From IMG/VR virus record IMGVR_UViG_3300011115_000717, positions 1 to 64,000 of that record: a stretch of DNA of 64,000 nucleotides; one strand, given 5' to 3'. How positions within the stretch are numbered: the stretch's first letter is position 1; each line of letters starts with the position of its first letter. A model generated the notes under the pieces. The model saw only the letters and a program-made list of their open reading frames with translations. It was not told the DNA's origin and searched no databases. The position numbers and the translations under genes are program-made. The stretch is from a virus. Of the stretch, positions 17,990 to 27,224 are shown piece after piece.

Positions 17990-19604
17990 AGCCCCTGGTA
18001 TAAATGTCAATTATACTAAAGAACAATTTGACGAATATGTCAAGTGTGCTCGCGACCCAATTCACTTTATTGAAAACCATATTAAAATTGTAACTCTAGA
18101 TAAAGGTTTAAGTCCCTTTATCTTATATGATTATCAAAAAAACTTTATTCAGTCTATTCACGATAACCGATTTGTGGTATCAAAGTTTCCTCGACAGAGT
18201 GGTAAATCCAGTTGTGTACTTGGATATATCAACCATTATGTAAACTTTCATCCAGATGTTAAAGTTGCTATTCTTGCAAATAAACAAAAAACTGCAACTG
18301 AATTATTTAATAGACTTCAGTTAGCCTATGAAAATTTACCACAGTACTTACAACAAGGTGTGCTTGAGTGGAATAAAACTTCACTAAGTCTTGAAAATGG
18401 TTCCTCCGTTATGTGTGCGGCTACTTCGGCTTCAGCTATCCGTGGTGGTTCTTATAATTTTCTATTGTTAGATGAGTTTGCATATCTTCCACAAAATATT
18501 GCAGAAGAGTTTTATGCATCTACGTATCCGACCATTTCGGCGGGTACTACCTCAAAAATTATAATTGTTTCTACTCCTCATGGATTAAACCATTTTCATA
18601 ATACTTGGATTAATGCATGTAGACCCGAAGGACATCCACTCAAGAATAAATTTGTTCCAGTAGAAATTAGCTGGAGACAAGTTCCTCTGTATCCGGGTGG
18701 TCCCAACAGAGATGATGCATGGAAAACCGAAACTATTGCAAATACCAGTGCAGAACAGTTCAATCAAGAATTTGAATGTTCCTTTATTGGATCTTCCAAT
18801 ACACTTGTTTCATCATCTAAGCTGAACATTTTAGCCCCCAATGATCCTATTGAACAAACCCCAGAAGGTTTAAGGATCTTCGAACAGCCAGATCCAAACG
18901 GTATTTATTTTATAATGGCAGACGTTTCTCGTGGACAAGGTCAAGACTATTCTGCTTTTATTGTTATAGAAGGCAGTCAATCACCATATAAAGTTGTTGC
19001 AAGCTTTCAAAATAACACCATTAGCCCGTTCTCTTTTCCAACTACCATTAAAGTGGTAGCCGAAAAATATAATGAAGCTTATGTGCTTATTGAGGTAAAT
19101 GATGTTGGTGGACAAGTTGCGTCAATACTTTATAACGATCTAGGTTATGAAAATTTGCTTATGACTCAAAATAAAGGAATGAAGGGTCAAGTATTGTCTC
19201 AGGGATTTGCTCGCGGTAGAGCTGAATTTGGTCTCAGAACAACCACGCAGACCAAAAAAATTGGTTGTGCAGTACTCAAACGGTTAGTGGAAGAAGACAA
19301 AATCTATTTAAACGACGAACGGATCATGAAAGAACTGATGTCGTTTGTATCAAAAGCAAACAGTTTTCGGGCAGAAGATAACCACAGTGATGATTTGGTT
19401 ATGTGTCTAGTATTTTATTCTTGGTTAACTCGCCAAGAGTATTTTGCTGACTTAATTGAGACTGCTAAGAATAAATATTCTCAGAATGAAACAAACCCGG
19501 AAGATGACAATACATTGTTTATGATGAGTGCAGATGAACGGGATCCAGATGAAGTCACAAAAGATGGTTGGTCGGATGGAAATTTTGTTTGGTTTCCGAC
19601 ATAA
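17946..19604 (+). CDS. gp17: terminase large subunit gp17
   Basis: Walker A PRQSGKS, Walker B LLLDE, STPHG, QEFEC, nuclease ADVSRG and DDLVM. Confidence 0.97.
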   Translation: MSQPRTGYRSNPNLKAPGINVNYTKEQFDEYVKCARDPIHFIENHIKIVTLDKGLSPFILYDYQKNFIQSIHDNRFVVSKFPRQSGKSSCVLGYINHYVNFHPDVKVAILANKQKTATELFNRLQLAYENLPQYLQQGVLEWNKTSLSLENGSSVMCAATSASAIRGGSYNFLLLDEFAYLPQNIAEEFYASTYPTISAGTTSKIIIVSTPHGLNHFHNTWINACRPEGHPLKNKFVPVEISWRQVPLYPGGPNRDDAWKTETIANTSAEQFNQEFECSFIGSSNTLVSSSKLNILAPNDPIEQTPEGLRIFEQPDPNGIYFIMADVSRGQGQDYSAFIVIEGSQSPYKVVASFQNNTISPFSFPTTIKVVAEKYNEAYVLIEVNDVGGQVASILYNDLGYENLLMTQNKGMKGQVLSQGFARGRAEFGLRTTTQTKKIGCAVLKRLVEEDKIYLNDERIMKELMSFVSKANSFRAEDNHSDDLVMCLVFYSWLTRQEYFADLIETAKNKYSQNETNPEDDNTLFMMSADERDPDEVTKDGWSDGNFVWFPT

Positions 19605-19613
19605 AAAATAGTA

Positions 19614-19621
19614 TATAAATA
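19614..19621 (+). promoter_or_regulatory. late promoter (TATAAATA)
   Basis: Exact T4 late consensus upstream of the GAGG RBS of the sheath gene. Confidence 0.8.
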
Positions 19622-19636
19622 CTAACGAGGAACAAT

Positions 19637-21496
19637 ATGGCATTCAAAACAGCACCATCTAATGTAACACCAGTTAATCCATTTAACGATTTTTTGGATC
19701 CAAGTAAGGCAAAATGGGTACGAGAAATACCATTAGACGATGTGACTAAGCGCGCCGTAATAGCATTCTCTGCAGGAAATTATAATACTACAATAGGTGG
19801 CGGACCAGCAAACAGAGGTTTAACTGCTTCTGGTTTATATGGATTATTAAGAATTGCACAAGCTTCTAATGTACCCGAAGTTCAACTATATCCAAATGTA
19901 ACTGGGACTAACCCTTCTGCATACGATATCTCCACTCAATCGTTTGTATACGATAATCCAACTATCTTTGTGAATCATTTAAATAGTATTCATAACAATA
20001 TTAATAATGTTATACGTCAATTCATTCCTCCTAATACATGGGATGCCAAGGATGCAAATGGCGTATCGGAAGCTCCTCTATCAAATATTTCTACAACAAA
20101 TGCATTTAATTTTGTAAATAATATATTTTTACCTGGATCATATACAGGAAATACATTAACTGCACAGTTACCGGCTTTAACCGGTGTTGCTACTACTATA
20201 GAAGGCCAACAAGACTATATTGGAAGAGGAATTACCGGAGCATTTACTAATCTCGATACAGTTAATCGAGAGTATTATTTAAGTAGAACGGGTATGGAAT
20301 TTTATACCGTACTCACAGCTCTTGCATATGGCGCAAAAGTAGTTGTTTGTGGCAATTATAATTCCTTAGCAAGCTTTGCCCCTCCACTTAGTGTAATGAC
20401 TAATATAGATGCATTTATTACTTTAGATATGGGTACTTACCTTGACGGGCAGGGTATTACCTCTGCCACATCAGATTCACGTTTAATATATGGTGGAAGT
20501 GAAAATGCATATGCTCTAGGTAATACATTTAATTTCTGTCACGGTCTTACTGCACAATGGTTAAATAGTATTTACACAGAAATTACGAAACGAAATAATT
20601 TAGTAAATAGTTCATTAGATGATAATGCGCCGGTGGCGACTAAATCAGCTTATATTATTCATGCTGGGTTGTCTGGTGCCGCTATCTCACTGGCACAAAA
20701 CTCAATAAATAATACTTTTAGTGATGTATATCGTTATCCTGGTTTTAACGGACAATCATCATTATATCAAAATGTTCTTAATACTGATGGATTGACCGCA
20801 TATACATTATTAGAAGAGCCATATCTTAATAGATTAATGTGTGTAATGGGAAAGAAAAATCTAGATATCAATAGTTCTAACTTTGGACATCCTTCAACAA
20901 AAATACTTAGAATACAAATTCCTCTAGTTGCAGATGTAGCAGGTTCAATACAACGAGCGAAAGCAAATAATAGTATTTACCAATCTTCTGTGGGTCTTGT
21001 AAATTCTACAGTTTTAAATGTTGATAGTATAACACCAACAATCAATAGTAATAGTAGTCAGGCTAATACTTTACGAGAGAGACGTGTTAATTTCTATATT
21101 CAAGCAAGTAATGGTAAATATATTTTATCTACAGATTTAGTTGGGGCAACATCACCACTAGGACTAATTGGTATAGAAGATAGAGTTGGTGTTACGTCAA
21201 TGAAACGTGTAATTACGAAACTTACACAAGATCTTTTAGATGGGTTTGTGGGAGTACTTAATAATGAAAGTACGCGTACAACAATAGTTAATGCTATTAA
21301 AACTGCAATTGACCTTAATGACGGATTACGTAATTCATTAATTAAACCAACAGAGGTAGTAGTAAACCCTGTTACAAACAATAATACGTTAATATCTGTA
21401 ACAGTAACGTTCTACCCAAGGCAAGCATCATTTGGGACAGAGGGAGATTCAAACATTCTTGGTTATTCTCTAACAGTTACTGCTTCTACTGTATAA
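19637..21496 (+). CDS. gp18: tail sheath protein gp18, highly divergent
   Basis: Position between gp17 and gp19; the C-terminal third aligns loosely to the sheath core (P..DVAG...RVNF...DRVGV...NNESTR). Confidence 0.7.
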   Translation: MAFKTAPSNVTPVNPFNDFLDPSKAKWVREIPLDDVTKRAVIAFSAGNYNTTIGGGPANRGLTASGLYGLLRIAQASNVPEVQLYPNVTGTNPSAYDISTQSFVYDNPTIFVNHLNSIHNNINNVIRQFIPPNTWDAKDANGVSEAPLSNISTTNAFNFVNNIFLPGSYTGNTLTAQLPALTGVATTIEGQQDYIGRGITGAFTNLDTVNREYYLSRTGMEFYTVLTALAYGAKVVVCGNYNSLASFAPPLSVMTNIDAFITLDMGTYLDGQGITSATSDSRLIYGGSENAYALGNTFNFCHGLTAQWLNSIYTEITKRNNLVNSSLDDNAPVATKSAYIIHAGLSGAAISLAQNSINNTFSDVYRYPGFNGQSSLYQNVLNTDGLTAYTLLEEPYLNRLMCVMGKKNLDINSSNFGHPSTKILRIQIPLVADVAGSIQRAKANNSIYQSSVGLVNSTVLNVDSITPTINSNSSQANTLRERRVNFYIQASNGKYILSTDLVGATSPLGLIGIEDRVGVTSMKRVITKLTQDLLDGFVGVLNNESTRTTIVNAIKTAIDLNDGLRNSLIKPTEVVVNPVTNNNTLISVTVTFYPRQASFGTEGDSNILGYSLTVTASTV

Positions 21497-21515
21497 TACT
21501 TCTAAAGGTTCTTAA

Positions 21516-22088
21516 ATGGCTAATAATCAAACAATTTCAGAATTTAAAAATGGATTTAAAGGTGGAACTCGCGCCAATAGATTCAATGTTGTGTTTAATT
21601 GGCCCACTGATATTGAAAATCCACCCACGACTTTAATTTATCATGCAACTGCAGCAAAATTACCAGAATCAGAATTGGGTAGTATTTCAATACCATACCG
21701 TGGGCGGGTAGCACATTATGCTGGTGACCGAGACTATAAACCATGGACTGTTACCTTTATTGATGATACTGGAACTAATGCATCATGGTTAGCGTTTCAC
21801 CAATGGGCTGATTTATTAAGTTCACACACACAAAATACTGTTGCTGATACAACGTATTCTAATGGTGAAAATTTAAAAGAAATTATTTTTAATCAATTAA
21901 GAGATCCTAGTTCTGGTGGCACTGATACAACTACCGGCCATACAACGTTTAGAACAATAAGCTTAAAACATGCGTGGCCATCTGAAGTCGGTCAAATTGG
22001 TTTAGATATGGGTGAAGGTGGTAGTTTAGTTTCATTCAGTGTAACATTTACATATGATTATTATGATATTACTGGGGGTATAAGCTAA
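21516..22088 (+). CDS. gp19: tail tube protein gp19
   Basis: GGTRANRFNV...AKLPES.LG.I.IPYRGR...AGDR...WTVT..DD...AWPSEVG.I.L...FSVTFTYDYY. Confidence 0.92.
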   Translation: MANNQTISEFKNGFKGGTRANRFNVVFNWPTDIENPPTTLIYHATAAKLPESELGSISIPYRGRVAHYAGDRDYKPWTVTFIDDTGTNASWLAFHQWADLLSSHTQNTVADTTYSNGENLKEIIFNQLRDPSSGGTDTTTGHTTFRTISLKHAWPSEVGQIGLDMGEGGSLVSFSVTFTYDYYDITGGIS

Positions 22089-22090
22089 AC

Positions 22091-22669
22091 ATGGATCTAT
22101 CATCATTTAAAAGTGCTTTTTCTGGAGGTACTCGCGCAAACCGATTTTTGGTAAGCGGGAGTATTGGTGTTGGTCCAGTATCCACAGTACTCACAGCTAG
22201 AACATTTCATATAAGATCTACTTTTATTCCACCTATTACAAACATAACATTAGAATTACATGGTTATGGTAGAAAAGTACATATTCCTGGTGATAGACAA
22301 TATGCTCCGTGGCAAATATCTGTATATGATGATATAAATGGTTCTTCTACTTCTGGTTCAGGTACTAGTACTGTAAATTCCAATCTATGGAGAGATTTTT
22401 CAATTTGGCATAATAAAATTAATAATCATGTAAATAATAATAGTGATGCTGTTACTGGAACATCTTTTACTCTTTATAAACAAACTTGGCAAATTCAACA
22501 TTTAGATTTAGATGGTGTTGCCATAAAAACCTTTACTATGAATGGTTGCTGGCCAAAAACTATAAGTGCCATAGATCATAATATGACAAATAGAAATTTT
22601 TTGAATACTTTTTCAGTTGTTATGTTATACGATGATATTGTAATTGATGGTGCTGATACCCAAGCATAA
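22091..22669 (+). CDS. second tail tube (gp19-like) paralog
   Basis: GGTRANRF...GRK..IPGDRQY..W...GCWP..IS.I...FSVV..YD. Confidence 0.85.
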   Translation: MDLSSFKSAFSGGTRANRFLVSGSIGVGPVSTVLTARTFHIRSTFIPPITNITLELHGYGRKVHIPGDRQYAPWQISVYDDINGSSTSGSGTSTVNSNLWRDFSIWHNKINNHVNNNSDAVTGTSFTLYKQTWQIQHLDLDGVAIKTFTMNGCWPKTISAIDHNMTNRNFLNTFSVVMLYDDIVIDGADTQA

Positions 22670-22693
22670 AAATAAATCTTGATTTAATTGTAC

Positions 22694-22700
22694 CTAAATA
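22694..22700 (+). promoter_or_regulatory. late promoter (CTAAATA)
   Basis: Intergenic, upstream of the portal gene. Confidence 0.65.
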
Positions 22701-22715
22701 TTGTGAAAGATCAAC

Positions 22716-24281
22716 ATGGCTATAGAATTTTTTGGATTTGAATTTGGAAAGAAACGCCCGGAAGAGTCCCCAGATGTAATGGTAGGACCGAAGCGATTAG
22801 TTGCTACAGAAGACTTTGACGGTACTGTAGCAGTAGAAGCCGGTGGTGTATTCGGTACATACATCGACTATTCTACTACGCTTAAAGACGAAAATGCGAA
22901 TATCGTTCAATACAGAAATATGTCACTCTACCCTGAAGTAGATGCGGCTGTTGATGAGATTGTAAACGCATCTATTGTCTGGGGTACAGACCGTAAACCT
23001 ATTAAATTGGATCTTACGACTGTTCCATTATCAGATCAAGTAAAACGTAAAGTCCATAATAGCTTTGATCGCATTCTAAAGATGCTTGATTTTAATGCTA
23101 AAGCATATGAAGTTTTTAGACGTTGGTACGTCGATGGTAAATTATTTTATTACATTATTATTGACGAAAAGAATCCAAAAGAAGGTATCAAGGAATTGAT
23201 TCCTCTGGATCCACTCAAAACTAAGAAAATTAAAAATATAGAAAAAGAAGCCGCAAGTGTAGCTTCTGGTACAGTTGCTTTAATTAAAAATATTGAAGAG
23301 TTTTATCTATATTCAAATACAGATAAAGATTCGTACATTACAACTCCAAATCAAGGAATTAAAATTTCCAAAGATGCCATTTCATATGTCCACTCTGGAA
23401 TGGTTGATTTAAACACTAAACGTGTAATTGGTTATTTACACAAAGCCATTCGTCCAGTGAATATGCTTCGACAACTTGAAGATGCCTTGATGGTATACCG
23501 TGTTGCTCGTGCACCTGAACGTAGAGCATTTTACGTCGATGTTGGTCAGTTACCTAAACAAAAAGCCGAACAATATCTTCGTGATATGATGTCACGATTC
23601 AGAAACAAGATTGTATATAATCAGGGTACAGGAGAAATTAAAGATGATAAAAATTTTCTATCGGTTCTTGAAGATTATTGGATTCCACGTAGAGAAGGCT
23701 CCAAAGGAACAGAAATCCAAGTGTTGCCAGGTGGACAAGCCATGTCGCAAATCGAAGACGTTGACTACTTCAAAAAGAAGTTGTTCGCGGCACTAAATGT
23801 TCCGAGTAGTAGACTTGATGCCAGTAGTGGTTTTAATATGGGTCGAGCAGCAGACATCTCAAGAGAAGAACTTAAATTCTATAAGTTCATTGAGCGTCTT
23901 AGACATCAGTTTAGTCAAATCTTTTTACATACATTACGTGTTGAACTATTGTTGACTGGTACATTGACAGAAGAAGATTGGAATTCAGTAAAGTATTATT
24001 TTCAATTTGAATTTAACACTGACAATTATTTCTGGGATCTGAAAGAAGCCGAAATTCTTTCTGAACGATTAAAAATGGTTTCTATAGCTGAAGGTTATGT
24101 TGGAAAATATATCTCAAATAGCTATATCAAGAAAAATGTTTTACGTCTTACAGATGAGCAGATTAAGATTATGGATATGGAAATCCAAGAAGATAACATG
24201 AAACTACAAGCTGAACAAGCTGTTCTTGCTGCACAACAACAAGCAGCAGGAGTCCCACCAGAGGAAGCAGCCGCTACATGA
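22716..24281 (+). CDS. gp20: portal vertex protein gp20
   Basis: YRNMSLYPEVDAAVDEIVN, FRRWYVDG, YLHKAI, RAPERRAFYVDVG, EDYWIPRREG. Confidence 0.97.
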   Translation: MAIEFFGFEFGKKRPEESPDVMVGPKRLVATEDFDGTVAVEAGGVFGTYIDYSTTLKDENANIVQYRNMSLYPEVDAAVDEIVNASIVWGTDRKPIKLDLTTVPLSDQVKRKVHNSFDRILKMLDFNAKAYEVFRRWYVDGKLFYYIIIDEKNPKEGIKELIPLDPLKTKKIKNIEKEAASVASGTVALIKNIEEFYLYSNTDKDSYITTPNQGIKISKDAISYVHSGMVDLNTKRVIGYLHKAIRPVNMLRQLEDALMVYRVARAPERRAFYVDVGQLPKQKAEQYLRDMMSRFRNKIVYNQGTGEIKDDKNFLSVLEDYWIPRREGSKGTEIQVLPGGQAMSQIEDVDYFKKKLFAALNVPSSRLDASSGFNMGRAADISREELKFYKFIERLRHQFSQIFLHTLRVELLLTGTLTEEDWNSVKYYFQFEFNTDNYFWDLKEAEILSERLKMVSIAEGYVGKYISNSYIKKNVLRLTDEQIKIMDMEIQEDNMKLQAEQAVLAAQQQAAGVPPEEAAAT

Positions 24282-24703
24282 TGAGCTCATTAAGAATTGA
24301 AAAACTTATTGGTGAGCTTTCAGAAGGAAATGAAGATCTGTTTGCTGAAGGTCTCATGCAAGAATTGGAGATTCGAAAGCAAGAAATTTGTAAGAATTTA
24401 TCTATCAAAATTTTTGAATCTATAGTCAAGGAACCCGTAGATAAGACTGTAGATGTGAACAATGACGTTAAACAACTGATAGAAACTATTACCCACACAG
24501 AATCACAAAAAAATATAAAAATGCAATTTAAAAATGCATCTATTCTAAATATTTCTGAAAATGATATTAAACCAATTAAAATGCTTTTTGACCAACTCAG
24601 CCAAGACAATCAAAAACTTATGGCAAAAAATTTATTTGAGAATCAGCAGCACTTTAAACAAACTTTGGAATTTGCTAAAAAAGTAAAAGGACTCACAAAA
24701 TGA
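24278..24703 (+). CDS. hypothetical head-morphogenesis protein
   Basis: 141 aa ORF coupled to the portal gene and the downstream core gene. Confidence 0.6.
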   Translation: MMSSLRIEKLIGELSEGNEDLFAEGLMQELEIRKQEICKNLSIKIFESIVKEPVDKTVDVNNDVKQLIETITHTESQKNIKMQFKNASILNISENDIKPIKMLFDQLSQDNQKLMAKNLFENQQHFKQTLEFAKKVKGLTK

Positions 24704-24990
24704 CCGACAAACTAGCCCTGATCGAATCAATCGTTAACGAAAACGCAGTAGATTTTCGTCAAATAGTTAATCAAGTTTTACTTGAAAAATTATCTGTTCG
24801 TCTTGAAGAAGAGTATCAAGATGTTTCTAAGACCATGTTCACCCTTTCTGAAGCAGATGAAACCGAAGAAGAAGCAGAGGGCGAAGAAGAAGCCGATGAA
24901 ACTGATGAAGAAGAGGAAACCGAAGAAGGCGAAGAGCTTCCACAAGATTTCCAGAATGACCGCCAACGTCACAGTTACGGAGCGTACTAA
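24700..24990 (+). CDS. acidic prohead core protein (gp67-like)
   Basis: Small, with a very Glu-rich C-terminus; between gp20 and gp21. Confidence 0.65.
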   Translation: MTDKLALIESIVNENAVDFRQIVNQVLLEKLSVRLEEEYQDVSKTMFTLSEADETEEEAEGEEEADETDEEEETEEGEELPQDFQNDRQRHSYGAY

Positions 24991-24992
24991 AC

Positions 24993-25637
24993 ATGAAACT
25001 TATCACCGAATTAGTAGAAGATGTAAAATACATTGAAGAAAGCAATAAAGACGGTGGTAAGGATTATTACATTGAAGGAGTATTCCTTCAGAGTGAAGTA
25101 CAAAACCGCAATGGTCGCGTATATCCTACCCCAACTTTAATCAAAGAGTGCCGTCGATATATTCGTGAATATGTCGATAAGGGTCGTGCATTGGGTGAGC
25201 TTAATCATCCAACTGGTCCAACGGTAAATCTTGATCGTGTATCACACATGGTCAAATCACTCAATGAGTCTGGTAGAGATATCATTGGTCGTGCAAAAGT
25301 TCTTAAAACTCCAATGGGTGACATTGTTAAAAACCTCATCGCAGAAGGAGCTAAACTTGGTGTTTCTAGCCGTGGTATGGGCTCGCTCAAATCACGTGGC
25401 GGTTACCAAGAAGTTCAAGAAGATTTCATGTTAGCAGCCATTGATATCGTTGCTGACCCTTCTGCCCCAAATGCTTTCGTAAACGGAATCATGGAAGGTA
25501 AGGAGTGGGTATGGGAAAATGGTATTCTTCAACCACAAGTTATTGAGTCCTATCATCAGACAATCAAGAAAAGTTCAAGCCGAAATCTTGAAAAGAATAT
25601 GATTCACGTATTCAAGAAGTTCTTAAAAAGTATATGA
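24993..25637 (+). CDS. gp21: prohead core protease gp21
   Basis: MKLITE, IEGVFLQ, NRNGRVY, ALGELNHP, LGVSSRGMGS, DIVADPSAPNA. Confidence 0.97.
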   Translation: MKLITELVEDVKYIEESNKDGGKDYYIEGVFLQSEVQNRNGRVYPTPTLIKECRRYIREYVDKGRALGELNHPTGPTVNLDRVSHMVKSLNESGRDIIGRAKVLKTPMGDIVKNLIAEGAKLGVSSRGMGSLKSRGGYQEVQEDFMLAAIDIVADPSAPNAFVNGIMEGKEWVWENGILQPQVIESYHQTIKKSSSRNLEKNMIHVFKKFLKSI

Positions 25638-26137
25638 GAAATTCATCTTTAAAACTTTTGTTTTATATTTCTGAAGCATCTGGCTTTAGTCGTTCTTCTA
25701 GGTCTGTTGGTCCATCGCCATCAGTGGAAGCCTTAACTAAAACAAAGCCTGGTATTCCAATGCCCAAATCAAGTGGAACAAAGAAAATTTATCCGGGAGT
25801 AGATCCAAGAGTTTTGGGGAAGAATAACAAAGCAGGACAATTAGCAGCAGAAGCTGGAGAGTTTGCTAATAATTTACGCTTAATCCCAGGTAAAGATCTA
25901 CCGGGTGCTGGAACTACTGCAATCACTACTGGTGAGATGGCACTCGAACTTTCTAGATCATTTAATGCTCCTGCTATATTACAAGCAGAAGTAGATGCAC
26001 AACAAGAAGGTGTACGTAGTATGTCAAATGTTAGTAATTTTTATAAAAATCTTGGTAATGCCCCGGTATCTCCATTACGACCAAAATCTTCGTTAATCCA
26101 AAGTATTACAGATTTGCTAAAAATACCAAAACCATAA
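25634..26137 (+). CDS. hypothetical protein between gp21 and gp22
   Basis: 167 aa, ATGA-like overlap with the end of gp21, Pro/Lys/Ser-rich. Confidence 0.6.
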   Translation: MRNSSLKLLFYISEASGFSRSSRSVGPSPSVEALTKTKPGIPMPKSSGTKKIYPGVDPRVLGKNNKAGQLAAEAGEFANNLRLIPGKDLPGAGTTAITTGEMALELSRSFNAPAILQAEVDAQQEGVRSMSNVSNFYKNLGNAPVSPLRPKSSLIQSITDLLKIPKP

Positions 26138-26176
26138 TTTTTATAGTATTGAAAAATACTGAACTCACATAATTAA

Positions 26177-26183
26177 CTAAATA
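26177..26183 (+). promoter_or_regulatory. late promoter (CTAAATA)
   Basis: Upstream of the AAGGA RBS of gp22. Confidence 0.7.
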
Positions 26184-26203
26184 ATAAAGTATAAAGGATC
26201 AAC

Positions 26204-27184
26204 ATGAGCAAACAATCAAATAACGACTATTTAATGAGTATTATCAAGGAAAACGTAGGCGCACAACAAGACTTTACCTATGATGCAAATGGTAAAGGTG
26301 GCTATGCCTCAAACGGTGCTACTAGTTTTATTGCCCAACCTGTTGCCCCAATGGGGATTGCACAGATGAATCAGGCTTCCCGTAATCCAAAGGCACCTGT
26401 TGATAATGATCAATACGCAATGGAACAAGAAGAAGAAGACGAAGAAGAAATGCAAGAGGCAATTGATTTTGAGAATAGCCTCCGTTCACTTTTGGCCGAA
26501 GTAAATGTATCTGAAAATTTCTTCATCCAAGCCAAGACAATTTTTGAGTCAGCAGTTGACCAAAAGTTAAAGGCTATTGCTAATGAGATTGCACCAGCTC
26601 TTCAAGAAAACTTTGAATCTAAGCTTGGTGAAATCACCGTAAACCTTACCGAAAAAATTGATGACTATCTAGATTACGTAGTCGAAGAGTGGATGCAAGA
26701 TAACCAATTAGCAGTCGAAGGTGGTATCAAATCTACCTTGGCTGAGAACTTCATCTTGGGTCTCAAGAAACTCTTTGAAATGCATTACGTTGATGTTCCT
26801 GCCGAGAAGTACAATGTCATTGATGGTCTCTATGAGCAGACCTCACATCTTCAAGGCGACCTCAACCATGTTCTGAATGAGAACATTGCCCTCAAGAAAC
26901 AACTTCTTATCTCTGAATGCGCTGGTATCTTTGTAAATGAAACCAAGGATCTTGCTGACACTCAGATTGAAAAGCTTGCTTCACTCATTGAAAATATTGA
27001 GTTTAGCACCCTAGAAGAATACAAAACTAAACTTTCTACTCTCAAGGAACACTACCTTGGAAGCAGAGTTGCCATCCCAGAACAGTATGTTCCGGAAATG
27101 ACATTTAGCAAGGCTGCAAGTGTACCAACCACTCTAATCGAGAATTACACTCACACCTTAGACCGTTTGGCTAAGAAACTTTAA
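26204..27184 (+). CDS. gp22: prohead scaffold protein gp22
   Basis: A.TIFESAV...KIDDYLDYVVEEWM..N.LAVE.G.K..LAE.F..GLK.LF..HY.DVP. Confidence 0.93.
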   Translation: MSKQSNNDYLMSIIKENVGAQQDFTYDANGKGGYASNGATSFIAQPVAPMGIAQMNQASRNPKAPVDNDQYAMEQEEEDEEEMQEAIDFENSLRSLLAEVNVSENFFIQAKTIFESAVDQKLKAIANEIAPALQENFESKLGEITVNLTEKIDDYLDYVVEEWMQDNQLAVEGGIKSTLAENFILGLKKLFEMHYVDVPAEKYNVIDGLYEQTSHLQGDLNHVLNENIALKKQLLISECAGIFVNETKDLADTQIEKLASLIENIEFSTLEEYKTKLSTLKEHYLGSRVAIPEQYVPEMTFSKAASVPTTLIENYTHTLDRLAKKL

Positions 27185-27189
27185 ATTTA

Positions 27190-27196
27190 CTAAATA
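27190..27196 (+). promoter_or_regulatory. late promoter (CTAAATA)
   Basis: Upstream of the AGGAG RBS of gp23. Confidence 0.75.
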
Positions 27197-27224
27197 ATTT
27201 TAATCCACAGGAGATACTAATAAA

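Noticed and set aside
24274-25045. Several overlapping antisense or alternative-frame ORFs
   Set aside because: Shadows of Glu-rich (GAA) coding sequence in genuine head genes
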